Source: Squalus acanthias
Lineage: Eukaryota
Assembly (NCBI GenBank): GCA_030390025.1
Contig: CM059425.1
Span: forward strand, 262,942,001 to 263,006,000
Direction: 5' to 3'
Length of the DNA stretch: 64,000 nucleotides
Part shown: one piece after another, positions 38,432 to 51,360 of the stretch
How the letters are laid out: each line of letters starts with the position of its first letter
How positions within the stretch are numbered: position 1 is the stretch's first letter
Notes under the pieces: generated by a model
Told to the model about the DNA's origin: nothing
Seen by the model: the letters and a program-made list of their open reading frames with translations, nothing else
Database searches by the model: none
Translations under genes and position numbers: made by a program

Positions 38432-41400
38432 CAACGATATAGGTAAAAAAGGGGATGAGGTCCTAAAAGCAGAATATAGGGAGTTAGGAGGTAAATTAAA
38501 AAATAGGACCTCAAAGGTAGTAATCTCAGGATTGCTACCAGTGCCACGTGCTAGTCAGAGTAGAAATAGGAGGATATTTCAAATGAATACGTGGCTAGAG
38601 GAATGGTGCAAGGGGGAGGGATTCAAATTCCTGGGACATTGGAACCGGTTCTGGGGGAGGTGGGACCAGTACAAACCGGACGGTCTGCACCTGGGCAGGG
38701 CTGGGACCGCTGTCCTAGGGGGAGTGTTTGCTAGTGCTGTTGGGGAGGGTTTAAACTGAAGTGGCAGGGGGTTGGGCACCTGAGCAGGGAGACAGAGGAA
38801 AGCGTGTCAAGAAGGGACAGAAGGTATGGAGTAAAAGGTAAAGTGTTAAAAAAGGAAAAATCAGGAACTAAGTGTCACAAAACATATTTTAAAGTTCTTT
38901 ATCTGAATGCACGTAGCATTCGTAACAAAATGGACGAGTTAACGGCACAAATAACTACGTATGGGTATGATCTTGTGGCCATTACAGAAACATGGCTGCA
39001 GGGTGACAACGACTGGGAACTAAATATGCCAGGGTATTTAACAATCAGGAAGGACAGGCAGGAAGGAAGGGGAGGTGGGGTGGCTATGTTAATAAAGGAA
39101 GGAATCACTGTAATACAGAGAAATGATATTGGGTCAAAGGATCAGAATAATGAAACAGTTTGGGTGGAGATAAGGAATAATAAGGGGAAAAAAACTAGTG
39201 GGAGTAGTATATAGGCCTCCTAATAGTTGCAACTCTGCTGGAAGTAGTATTAATCAGGAAATAGTTGGGGCATGTAATAAGGGAACAGCTATAATTATGG
39301 GGGATTTTAACTATCATATTAACTGGACAAATCAAATTGGGCAGGGCAGCCTTGAGGAAGAGTTTATTGAGTGTATTAGGGATGGATTTCTTGAGCAGTA
39401 TGTAACTGATCCTACAAGGGGGCAAGCAACCTTGGATCTGGTCCTGTCTAATGAGTCAGGATTAATTAATAATGTCCTAGTTAAGGATCCCCTTGGAATG
39501 AGTGACCATAACATGGTTGAATTCCATATCCAATTAGAGGGTGAGAAGGTTGGTTCTCAAACAAGCATACTGAGCTTGAATAAAGGAGACTATGATGGTA
39601 TGAGAGCGGAATTGATTAAAGTGGACTGGGAAAATAGATTAAAGGGTAAGACGGTACATGAGCAGTGGTGTTCATTTAAGGAGTTATTTTACAACTTATA
39701 TTCCACTGAGGAAAAAAGGGTGTAAAAGAAATTACAGCCATCCGTGGCTAAGTAAAGAAATTAAGGATAGTATCCAACTAAAAACAAGGACATATAAGGT
39801 AGCCAAACTTAGTGGGAGGATAGAAGATTGGGAAGTCTTCAAAAGACAGCAAAAAGTAACTAAAGGATTGATTAAGAAAGGGAAGATAGATTATGAAAAT
39901 AAATTAGCAAAAAATATAAAAACAGATAGCAAGAGTTTCTATAGTTATATAAAAAGAAAAAGGGTGGCTAAGGCAAACGTAGGTCCCTTAAAGGATGAGA
40001 CCGGGAAATTAATGGTGGGAAACATGGAGATGGCAAAAATGCTGAACAAATATTTTGTTTCAGTCTTTACGGTAGAGGACACTAAGAATATCCCAACACT
40101 GGACAAACAGGGGGCTCTAGGGGGGGGGGGGGGGGAGGAGCTCAATACGATTAAAATCACTAAGGAATTGGTACTCAGTAAAATAATGGGACTCAAGGCG
40201 GATAAATCCCCTGGACCTGATGGCTTACATCCTAGGGTCTTGAGGGAAGTGGCAGTAGGGATTGTGGATGCTTTGGTAATAATTTTCCAAAATTCCCTGG
40301 ACTCAGCAAAGGTCCCGGCAGATTGGAAAACTGCTAATGTAACACCCTTATTTAAAAAGGGTAGTAGGCAGAAGGCTGGAAATTATAGACCAGTTAGCCT
40401 AACATCTGTGGTGGGTAAAATTTTGGAGTCTATTATTAAGGAGACAGTAACTGAACATTTAGATAAACATAATTTTATAGGACAAAGTCAGCATGGCTTT
40501 ATGAAGGGGAAGTCATGTCTGACAAATTTGCTTGAGTTCTTTGAGGACATAACGTACAGGGTGGATAAAGGGGAACCAGTGGATGTAGTGTATTTAGACT
40601 TCCAGAAGGCATTCGACAAGGTGCCACATAAAAGATTATTGCTCAAGATAAAAAATCACTGGATTGGGGGTAATATTCTGGCATGGGTGGAGGATTGGTT
40701 ATCTAACAGGAAGCAGAGAGTTGGGATAAATGGTTCATTCTCGGACTGGCAACCAGTAGCCAGTGGTGTTCCGCAGGGGTCGGTGCTGGGTCCCCAACTC
40801 TTTACAATCTATATTAACGATTTGGAGGAGGGGACCGAGTGTAACATATCAAAGTTTGCAGATGATACAAAGATGGGAGGGAAAGTAGAAAGTGAGGAGG
40901 ACATAAAAAACCTACATGGGGATATAGTCAGGCTGGGTGAGTGGGCGGAGATTTGGCAGATGCAATACAATATTGGAAAATGTGAGGTTATGCACTTTGG
41001 CAGGAAAAATCAGAGAGCAAGTTATTATCTTAATGGCGAGAAACTGGAAAGTACTGCAGTACAAAGGGATCTGGGGGTCCTAGTGCAAGAAAATCAAAAA
41101 GTTAGTATGCAGGTGCAGCAGGTGATCAAGAAGGCCAACGGAATATTGGCTTTTATTGCTAGGGGGATAGATTATAAAAACAGGGAGGTATTGCTGCAGT
41201 TATATAAGGTATTGGTGAGACCGCACCTGGAATACTGCGTACAGTTTTGGTGTCCATACTTAAGAAAAGACATACTTGCTCTCGAGGCAGTACAAAGAAG
41301 GTTCACTCGGTTAATCCCGGGGATGAGGGGGTGGACATATGAGGAGAGGTTGAGTAGATTGGGACTCTACTCATTGGAGTTCAGAAGAATGAGAGGCGAT

Positions 41401-41888
41401 CTTATTGAAACATATAAGATTGTGAAGGGGCTTGATCAGGTGGATGCGGTAAGGATGTTCCCAAGGATGGGTGAAACTAGAACTAGGGGGCATAATCTTA
41501 GAATAAGGGGCTGCTCTTTCAAAACTGAGATGAGGAGAAACTTCTTCACTCAGAGGGTAGTAGGTCTGTGGAATTTGCTGCCCAGGAAGCTGTGGAAGCT
41601 ACATCATTAAATAAATTTAAAACAAAAATAGATAGTTTCCTAGAGGTAAAGGGAATTAGGGGTTACGGTGAGCGGGCAGGAAATTGAACATGAGGCTGAG
41701 TTCGGATCAGTCAGGGCCCTGTGGGTGGCGGAGTGGGCCCAGGGGCTGAGTGGCCGGGTCCTGCTCCTACTTCTTGTGTTCTTTAGATTTGAGGTTAGGA
41801 TCAGATCAGCCATGATCTTATTGAATGGCGGAGCAGGCTCGAGGGGCCGATTGGCCTACTCCTGCTCCTATTTCTTATGTTCTTATAA
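38432..41888 (+). mobile_element. 5'-truncated, nearly complete CR1 LINE (ORF1 esterase C-terminus plus EN/RT ORF2)
   Basis: ORF1 remnant with SGNH-like ND...DGLH; APE endonuclease (YLNARS, ITETW, YRPP, MGDFN, SDHN); RT ([20 protein letters not shown]); about 3 frameshifts. Confidence 0.97.
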
Positions 41889-41929
41889 CTAAATACACTG
41901 CTTTAAAAACAGTGATTCGGACACTCCAA

Positions 41930-44090
41930 GAGAGAAAAGCTGGTTTTATGGGGCTGAGAATAGAACTTGGGAAAATAAAATGGGCAACTATATTGGCAAA
42001 CAATGATGTAGAACAGCAATGGGAAACATTTAAAACGGTGTTCAACAGAGTCCAGGGAAAATATATTCCGCTAAAAAACAAAAACAAGCTGAACACTAAT
42101 GAGACACCGTGGATGAATAAAGCCAGAAGGGAAAAATTGAGGATAAGGAAAGAGGCATACATTAAGTATATGGGCAGCAAGGGAGAGCATGACAAGAGAG
42201 AATACAAAGAGATTAGGAGAGAAGTCAAAAAAACAATTAGGAAGGCGAAGAGGAACTATGAAATTAAATTATCAAGGAACTTAAAACAAAATAGTAAAAT
42301 ATTTTACAGGCACATCAATAAAAAAAGGAAGGTTGGGATGGGAATAGGGCCACTAAGGGATGGACAGGATAATACCACACGCAACGATAGAGAGATGGCA
42401 GAGATATTAAATAATTACTTTGCTTCAGTATTTACCAGGGAGATAAAACAGCTGGAGATGGCATCGGATGAGGAGATTAGTAATGAGATAACTGCATTTA
42501 AAATAAAACAAGGAGATATATTAAACTCAAAGAGGATAAAACCCCTGGCCCGGACGGATTACATCCGCGCATTTTAAAAGAATCTAGGGAAGAGATAGCA
42601 GAGGCATTACTACACATATTTAGTAATTCGTTAGAAAAAGGTGTAGTGTCAGAGGACTGGCGGATAGCTAACGTAATACCTATATTTAAGAAGGGAGATA
42701 GAACATGTCCAGGAAACAAAAGACCAGTCAGCTTAACATCGGTGGTAGGAAAAATAATGGAATCCCTACTGAAGGAGAAAATGGAAGAACATCTAGAAAC
42801 CAAAAATAATAAATAGTTAGCATGGATTTCAAAAGGGAAAGTCTTACTTAACCAACCTAATTGAATTTTTTGAAGAGGTAACAGAGAGAATAGACAATGG
42901 TAATGCAGTACATGTAATTTATCTAGTTTTCAAAAGGCCTTTGATAAGGTACCACATAATAGACTGATGAACAAGGTCAGGGAATGCAGTCAGGGGACAA
43001 GTAGCAGAATGGATAGCTGGCTAGCTTCAAGACAGATGGAGTAAAGGGTAGCTATTCAGAGTGGCAGAAGGTGGGAAGTGGTGTTCCACAAGGATCAGTG
43101 CTGGGACCACTGTTGTTCACAATTTACATTAACGATTTAGACTTTGGAATCAAAAACACAATTTCTAAATTTGCAGACGACACCAAATTGGGGGGTATAG
43201 TCAATACTGAGGAGGACTGCAACAATTACAAGAAGACATTAATAAACTTGCAGAATGGGCATATAATTGGCAAATGAAATTCAACACAGATAAATGGAGG
43301 TATTACATTTTGGTAAGAAAAATAGGGAGGTCACATATTACTTGAAAAATAAGAATCTAAATGGGGTAGAGGAGCAAAGGGATCTCAGAGGACAAATACA
43401 CAAATCACTAAAAGTATCGACACAGGTCAACAAGGCCATAAAAAAAGCAAACCAAGCACTAGGGTTTATTTCTAGAGGGATTGAATTGAAAAGTAGTGAA
43501 GTTATGCTAAACCTGTATCGAACCTTGGTTAGACCACACTTGGAGTACTGCGTACAATTCTGGTCGCCATATTATAAAAAGGATATAGAGGCACTGGAGA
43601 GGGTGCAGAGAAGATTTACAAGGATGATACCAGAAATGCAAGGGTATACCTATCAGGAAAGGATGAACAGGCTGGGTCTCTTTTCTCTTGAAAAGAGAAG
43701 GCTGAGGGGTGACCTAATAGAGGTCTTTAAAATCATGAAAGGTTTTGATAGAGTGGATACAGAGAGTGTTTCCACTTGTGGGGAAGAACAAAACTAGAGG
43801 CCATCAATATAAGATAGTCACCAAGAAATCCAATCGGGAATTCAGAAGAAAATTCTTTACCCAGACAGTGGTGAGAATGTGGAACTCGCTACCACAGGGA
43901 GTGGTTGAAGAGAATAGTACAGATGCATTTAAGGGGCGGTTAGATAAGCATATGAGGGAGAAGGGAATAGAGGGTTATGCTGATAGAGTTAGATGAGGAA
44001 AGACGGGAGGAGGCTCGAGTGGAGCATAAACGCCGGCATGGACTGGTTGGGCTGAATGGCCTGTTTCTGTGCCGGATATCCTATGTAATA
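41930..44090 (+). mobile_element. Second CR1 LINE ORF2 fragment, decayed
   Basis: [19 protein letters not shown] and LVRPHLEYC in several frames. Confidence 0.93.
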
Positions 44091-45339
44091 ACCATTCCAT
44101 TTGCAACAAGGTTGGATGAAACTTGTTATTGCTGTGTAAATCAGAATTGTTTGACAGATTGGAACCAGAGTTTTGCATCACTTTCTAGATGCTTTTAAAC
44201 ATGGACAACATAAAAGGAGGCAAACTCCACGTCTCCAACTTGTGGGTCCCAAAAGCAACTATTGTAGGCAATACAAAACGCGGGCCTGTTTCCTACTGGC
44301 CCTCCATTAGGCCCAATCAGTACACTGATGAAGGAAAAAGGGAGAAGGTGCTTGTAGGTTGCACGTCTCTGCTTAATCTCCACTTTCTCAGTGCCCTAGG
44401 AGCATCAGCATCAAAGCAGAAACTCATTACATTTAGATTCCGGACAGCAACTTGGGGGAAAAGTTTTCAAATGATCTCAGACACTTGCTAAAAGTTCAAC
44501 TGGAGAATCAATAAATGCTGACTATGGAAATCCCCCCGCCCATTGTTAGAAGCTGACAATCAAAGTAATATTAGAACACAGACAAAAGGCTACTTGGAGA
44601 TAGTTAATGAAATGTCAGGTAGGAATTCAGAAAGCTCTCCACATCATTACACACTGATGTCAGTTTAATGTATATCTGGAGGTTGTACTCAAGACAAGTT
44701 TACACTCGTTATAGTAAAATTCCCCCCTGCCAATCCAATCACAACACTTTTATTGTCTAATTACGGTGTACAAAATGAACCACTAAAAACTCTTCTAATA
44801 ATACAACAGCATTGAATTACTGAAAAAGTCCAGTTAATTATACAGTAAGCCTGTTCTACCTCAACACCCCACCTACTCTATCAAAACATGTTGGAAATAT
44901 ACAACAGGTCCATCCTTTCAGTTAACTTTTCAATTACACTTGAAACATTAGTCTGCCATTTCTCTTTTCAGATGCTGATATACCTACTTTTTCTGTTTTT
45001 ATTTCAAGTTTCCAGACTTCGATCATTAATCCCTTAGTATAGCAGTAGAAAAAAAACATACGTTTATCAGCACATCCATCAAAATACCAACTTCTGCCTT
45101 ATTTTAAAACCAGTACAGTCCTATAATAAAAACGGTTCACTAGTGAACAAAAGGCTGGAGCAAATACGGGGGGGGGGGGGGGGGGGGAGAATGGCAAGAT
45201 GACAAAGTGAACTGGAGCCCCTTTCTTCAACTTTTGTTCTCATCTATATTGTATAAACAATGAACAGTCAGACGATGAGGTTATTGCAAAATGGGTGACA
45301 TTCAGGCTTGCTACAGAGAGGGAGCAGTTTGGAAAGGGC

Positions 45340-45760
45340 CACAAACACGGCAACCCAGCTCCTGTGTGTGTTATACAGAATAAAAAGGAACTTCACAGCG
45401 GCAGCTGGTTGTAACGAAGGGTCAGAAATAACATTTTAGCCGGAAAATAACAGACCGCAACGAACTGGCCGCCCTCATGACCAAAAAAGGGTAGAAGGAC
45501 TGGATCAGCCCTGGATTCCGGGCCGATGCTCTGAGCACGGAGCACCGGCCTCGCGTCTCTCGCACACCCCGAGTCAGCACGGCCCAGAGCCGGGCTGGAG
45601 GCGCAGCAGCCGCCGGTCCCTCCCCTCAGGACGTGGCCGCTAAAAAAAAAAACATCGACCCATCATCCTCCTCTCTCCACCCAGAGAAAGAAAAGGCAAT
45701 CAACTTTTATACCGGAAAAGGCAGAGAAACTGCCGCCACTTCCCACAAAACTGAAAGTGT
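45340..45760. promoter_or_regulatory. CpG-rich unique segment (CpG-island-like), presumed 5' part of RICTOR intron 2
   Basis: Clear local rise in CpG/GC over background; CCGGAA ETS-like sites. Confidence 0.45.
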
Positions 45761-45936
45761 ATTAGATATTAAAATAAATCACTGAACGCACAACAACCAG
45801 GCACTGCAGGCTGGGGAGACACAGCAGAGGCTGGCAGACAAGAGCAGGTGGCACTGGGGCATAGCGATGGAGCAAACTTAAGGCTGGCACTTGGGTTGAG
45901 CAGGATCCACACTGGAACCTGGAACAGAGAAACACA

Positions 45937-46797
45937 GCAGGCTCCGCGCGGGCACCGGGAGACAGAGCAGGCTCCGCGCGGGCACCGGGAGACAGAGCAG
46001 GCTCCGCGCGGGCACCGGGAGACAGAGCAGGCTCCGCGCGAGACAGGGAGCAGGCTCCGCGCGGCACCGCGAGACAAGAGCAGGCTCCGCGCGGGCACCG
46101 GGAGAATAGAGCAGGCTCCGCGCGGGCACCGGGAGACAGAGCAGGCTCCGCGCGGGCACCGGGAGACAGAGCAGGCTCCGCGCGGGCACCGGGAGACAGA
46201 GCAGGCTCCGCGCGGGCACCGGGAGACAGAGCAGGCTCCGCGCGGGCACCGGGAGACAGAGCAGGCTCCGCGCGGGCACCGGGAGACAGAGCAGGCTCCG
46301 CGCGGGCACCGGGAGACAGAGCAGGCTCCGCGCGGGCACCGGGAGACAGAGCAGGCTCCGCGCGGGCACCGGGAGACAGAGCAGGCTCCGCGCGGGCACC
46401 GGGAGACAGAGCAGGCTCCGCGCGGGCACCGGGAGACAGAGCAGGCTCCGCGCGGGCACCGGGAGACAGAGCAGGCTCCGCGCGGGCACCGGGAGACAGA
46501 GCAGGCGCCGCGCGGGCACCGGGAGACAGAGCAGGCTCCGCGCGGGCACCGGGAGACAGAGCAGGCTCCGCGCGGGCACCGGGAGACAGAGCAGGCTCCG
46601 CGCGGGCACCGGGAGACAGAGCAGGCTCCGCGCGGGCACCGGGAGACAGAGCAGGCTCCGCGCGGGCACCGGGAGACAGAGCAGGCTCCGCGCGGGCACC
46701 GGGAGACAGAGCAGGCTCCGCGCGGGCACCGGGAGACAGAGCAGGCTCCGCGCGGGCACCGGGAGACAGAGCAGGCTCCGCGCGGGCACCGGGAGAC
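45937..46797. repeat. 30-bp CpG-rich minisatellite, about 29 copies (GCAGGCTCCGCGCGGGCACCGGGAGACAGA)
   Basis: Read directly; near-perfect from 46111 onward, with variant units at 46027-46110. Confidence 0.99.
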
Positions 46798-46913
46798 CAC
46801 TCGCTCTTTTTTCAGATGGACAGAGATCACGTATTAGATGACAAGTCACATCGCATCACCTGGCACCAGTGGATTTGAAACAATGCCTACTGGCAATGTA
46901 GTGATAAAGAGCA

Positions 46914-47202
46914 GGGCAACACGGTGGCATAGTGGTTAGCACTGTTGCCTCACAGCGCCAGGGACCCGGGTTCGAATCCGGCCACGGGTGACTGTCTGTG
47001 TGGAGTTTGCACATTCTCCCCGTGTCTGCGTGGGTTTCCTCCGGGTACTCCGGTTTCCTCCCACAGTCCAAAGATGTGCGGGTTAGGTTGATTTGGCTCT
47101 GATAAATTGACCCTTAGTGTTAGGGGGTTACGGGGATAGGGTGGGATATGTCGGTGCAGGCTCGATGGGCCGGAATGGCCTCTATCTGCACTGTGGGGAT
47201 TC
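46914..47202 (+). mobile_element. HE1-type V-SINE
   Basis: tRNA head (TGGCATAGTGG, GGTTCGAATCC), V-domain GTGTGGAGTTTGCACATTCTCCCCGTGTCTGCGTGGGTTTCCTCCGGG, CR1-like tail. Confidence 0.92.
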
Positions 47203-47667
47203 GGTGAGAAGATACCCAGTCTTACAGTTGTGATAGTGCCAAGTTTGGGGAGCTCCTTTTGCGAAGAGTCACTATTTTGGGCAATAAAAGATGGTTCTTG
47301 CTTTATTTGCCCAGTAGACAGGGGATAGCTTGAGCATGTGAAGGGCGATATAATCAAGTTCTTTCTTTCTTAGAGCAATATAGCAAAAATGCCTGAATAG
47401 TGACAGTTTGAATTAGCCATCATTCCACAATAACAGGAAGTTACGGTATATGAAGGGTCTGGCTCCATTTGCCTAGAATGGGATGATTTTAAGGAGAGAT
47501 TGGGCTCGGGTGGTTCTTGCTCAGAATGGATATGATGGCACTCTGGCTTGGGGAAAAGTTTTGGGGTATGATAGCACTATACTTTTGAGGAAGACAGATG
47601 GGATGCAACGACATGACAGTGAGGGGAGAAGATGTGGGGGGGGGGAGAAGATGTGGGGGGGGGAGAA

Positions 47668-48283
47668 NNNNNNNNNNNNNNNNNNNNNNNNNNNNNNNNN
47701 NNNNNNNNNNNNNNNNNNNNNNNNNNNNNNNNNNNNNNNNNNNNNNNNNNNNNNNNNNNNNNNNNNNNNNNNNNNNNNNNNNNNNNNNNNNNNNNNNNNN
47801 NNNNNNNNNNNNNNNNNNNNNNNNNNNNNNNNNNNNNNNNNNNNNNNNNNNNNNNNNNNNNNNNNNNNNNNNNNNNNNNNNNNNNNNNNNNNNNNNNNNN
47901 NNNNNNNNNNNNNNNNNNNNNNNNNNNNNNNNNNNNNNNNNNNNNNNNNNNNNNNNNNNNNNNNNNNNNNNNNNNNNNNNNNNNNNNNNNNNNNNNNNNN
48001 NNNNNNNNNNNNNNNNNNNNNNNNNNNNNNNNNNNNNNNNNNNNNNNNNNNNNNNNNNNNNNNNNNNNNNNNNNNNNNNNNNNNNNNNNNNNNNNNNNNN
48101 NNNNNNNNNNNNNNNNNNNNNNNNNNNNNNNNNNNNNNNNNNNNNNNNNNNNNNNNNNNNNNNNNNNNNNNNNNNNNNNNNNNNNNNNNNNNNNNNNNNN
48201 NNNNNNNNNNNNNNNNNNNNNNNNNNNNNNNNNNNNNNNNNNNNNNNNNNNNNNNNNNNNNNNNNNNNNNNNNNNNNNNNNNN
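47668..48283. other. Assembly gap (616 N)
   Basis: N run preceded by the start of a G-rich tandem repeat (GGGAGAAGATGTGGGG). Confidence 1.
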
Positions 48284-49550
48284 GCTCGAGGGGCCGAATG
48301 GCCAACTCCTGCTCCTATTTCTTATGTTCTTATGTATCATCCTTGTAAACCTTCTCTGTACCCTCTCCAAGGCCCAAACATCCTTCCTGAAGTGCGGTGC
48401 CCAGAATTGTACACAATACTCCAGCTGAGGTCTAACCAGTGATTTGTAAAGGTTTAGCATGACTTCCTTGTGTCCCTATTTACAAAACCAATTATCCCAT
48501 ATGTTTTCTTAACCGCCTTATCAACAGGCCCTGTCATCAGATTTGAGAATATGCACCCCCAAGTCCATCTGCTCTTGCACCATGCTCAAAATAGTACCAT
48601 TTACATTATATTGCTTCTCCACGTTGTTTCACCCAATGTGTATCACTTTACACTTATCCGCATTAAATTGCAACTGCCATGTGTCTGCCCATTTCACCAG
48701 TCTGTCTATGACCTCCTGAAGTCTGCTACTATCCTGCTCACTACTTACTACATTGCCAAGTTTTGTATAATCTGTAAACTTCAAAATTGTACTCGCTATA
48801 TCCAAGTCCAGATCATTTATATGTAACAAGAACAGCAACGGTCCTAATACCGACCCCTTCGGGACCCTGCTGCATATTTCTCTCCAGTCAGAAAAACATC
48901 CATTCACCACTACTCTCTGCCCCCTATTCCTTGGCCAATTACATACCCAAGTTACCACCGTCCCTTTAATACCATGTGCTTCTATTTTCCGAATAAGTCT
49001 GTTATGTGGTACTTTATCAAATGCCTTTTGAAAGTCCATATATACAACATCTACTGCAATACCTTAATCAACCTCAGTTACTTCATTAAAGAACTCAATC
49101 AGGTTAGTCAGACGCGATTTGCCTTTAACAAATCTGTGCTGGCATTCATTTATTAACCTATGCTTCCCCAAGTGAAAATTAATTTTGTCCTTGACAATGG
49201 TCTCTAGTAGTTTTCCCACCACTGACATTAGACTAATTGGCTTGTAGTTACCAGGTTTACTCCTCTCCCTTTTTTGAACAGGGGTGTAACATTTGCAATC
49301 CTCCAGTCCTCTGGTACCACTCCAAAATCCAAGGAGGATTGAAAGACTGTGGTCAGAGCTTCTGCGATCTCCACCCTAGCTTCCCTCAGCAACCTAGGAT
49401 ATGCATCCCATCTAGACTGTGTGACTTGTTAACTTTGAGTGATGCCAACATAATTAGCACCTCCTTTCTATCTATTTTATCCTATCCAATATCTCGAGTC
49501 CCCCCATCCTCTACTGTGACATTAACTTCATCCTCTTCTTTTGTGAAGAC
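48284..49550. mobile_element. CR1 fragments (+ 3' tail at about 48284-48335; - RT fragment at about 48335-49550)
   Basis: MDFQKAFDKVPH and LVRPQLEYCVQFW on the minus strand. Confidence 0.9.
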
Positions 49551-49944
49551 ACTTCATACTCAAATCAGAGAAGTACATATGGAAGCTAATAAAATTTTGA
49601 TGGGGATTTTACTTTGTCAGGGATTAATTGAGAAGATCATAATAGAAATAGGAAAAGTGCATTGCTGTTTCTAATATATGACTTAAATGGTCATGGAAAG
49701 TAGAAGCGGGCAGCAATACTTGACTTACTCTTATGTAATAGCCAGGGAATGGTGGAAGCAGCAGGCTAACAACGGCCACATTGTAACTCAATAAATAACA
49801 CAATATAAAAGGAGAGGAGTACAACAATGACTTTTAATTTCAGGAAGGCAGATGAAGAATGATGGATTGGCATACACTGTTAGATAGGGTAGGTAGTGAA
49901 GGGTAAATGTTACATTAAGAGATATAATTCGGAGACTGTGGAAC

Positions 49945-50352
49945 CTTGGAACAGAGAAGGCTAAGAGGAAATTTGACAGAGATGTTTAAAATCATGAAGG
50001 ATTCAGATAGAGAAACTGTTTCCAATGAATGAAATAACGAGAGGGCACAGATTTAAGATTAATGCTAAAAGAACCAGAGGCGACATGAGGAAAAACTTTT
50101 TTATGCAATGAATGGTTAGGAATTGGAATGCACTGCCTGATAGGGTGGTGGTTACAGATTCGATAGAAATCTTCAAAAGGGAATTGGATAAATACTTGAA
50201 GTATGAATTGGAGAAAAAAATTGTAGGGATAGAGGGAAAGAGCGGGGGAGTGGGACTAACTGGATTGCTCTTCGAAAGAACGAGCGCAGACTCGATGGGC
50301 TGAATGGCCTCCTTCTGTGCTGTACTATTCTATGATTCTATGAGTCTATGAT
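49945..50352 (+). mobile_element. CR1 3' fragment
   Basis: Homologous to 31960-32370, including the attctatg tail. Confidence 0.85.
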
Positions 50353-50878
50353 TCCATAAAATACATTCCATCCAGCAAATGCCAAGGTGATTAGTAAGCA
50401 CCAGACCTTGGCACAGCTACCAGCCAATAACGGAGGACAAATGCCGAGCCTAGTAGCTTTGCCATCTACAGCAAGGATATTTGCAGTCAGTTTGCAACAT
50501 GGGGACGGCGCTGTCAATGGTCGGCAAAGCCACTCAACTGTAATGCCTATGGCACATTCCTGCGTTAAACGTATGGGCTCGTTCATTATTACTGCACTAA
50601 TATTTATCTACATTGTACTTTCTCCCTTAAGTGTTGTGATTATTCTTGCTCTTATATTTGAGAGCGGTAGAACAGCTGTCAAGGTCATGTTTTATTTTAG
50701 CTGCAAGAAATTAACTTTCAGTTTCCATTTCTTTGGAAAATTGAACAGAAAAATCTTGTGGGATGGCACCTTTACTGAAACATCAAAGGCTATAAAAAAA
50801 TCCATTTAAAGAGGGAGTCTACCACCAGGACCCTTAAAGAAGGAATCTTAACATTAGTACATTGCAAGATATACTCAC

Positions 50879-50912
50879 CCTAATGCTAAGTGGACTTTTT
50901 GAACATATCCAA
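50879..50912 (-). CDS. FYB1: FYB1 (ADAP) 34-nt exon completing the C-terminal hSH3 domain
   Basis: aacag|TT GGA TAT GTT CAA AAA GTC CAC TTA GCA TTA GG|gtgagt gives (F)GYVQKVHLAL; phase matches the previous exon; recalled human YGYVLRSYLAD. Confidence 0.88.
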
Positions 50913-51019
50913 CTGTTTTTTAAAAAAAAGAAGAGGAGTCAAATTAGTAAACAGATATGATAAACAGGATTCGTAAATGCTGATATTGCACCATAATAGA
51001 AAAGGCTGAAAATACGATT

Positions 51020-51360
51020 GGGGTGATTTTAGCCATCCCGCCTGGGGGAGGGAGCGGTTACAATCACCTGGGAGACTGACTACTGCTCCCTTCCCGCAAT
51101 CTTCTACATTAACCTGCTCATCTGAACAGGCGAGAAGGACACCGATGGGAAAGAGGTTGGGTCCTTTAAATGTGCAGATCGGGCTCCGATGATGCCACGG
51201 GGGCCACGACTGCTATTTTAACCAAAGGCCTGAGCGGGGGAAGCGGTTGTTGCTTCTCAGTCAGGGCAACGCAGCGGGAAAAAAGAGTCGGGGCCAGAAG
51301 AAGCCCAAACAGGTAGGTTTTTAAACCTTTTTTTTACTTTCCTTGTTGGGTCACTTACCT
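51020..51360. mobile_element. Partial GGGGTGATTTT-ended MITE-like element
   Basis: Terminus resembles 59808 and 60271; right end not found. Confidence 0.45.

Noticed and set aside
45937-46797. CRISPR-like regular repeat
   Set aside because: Head-to-tail units with no unique spacers, no cas genes, vertebrate context.
45769-46849. 320-350 aa repetitive ORFs on both strands
   Set aside because: By-product of a stop-free 30-bp tandem unit; no splice or homology support for a protein gene.
46914-46990. tRNA gene
   Set aside because: The A/B boxes belong to the head of an HE1 SINE; the same holds for the SacSINE1-like heads.
47483-48460. Long ORFs spanning X runs
   Set aside because: Artefacts of the N gap.
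49729-49765. Possible next FYB1 exon (ttag|...AGA|gtaagt)
   Set aside because: In frame but reads LLLPPFPGYYIR, unlike the expected DGEIYDD exon.
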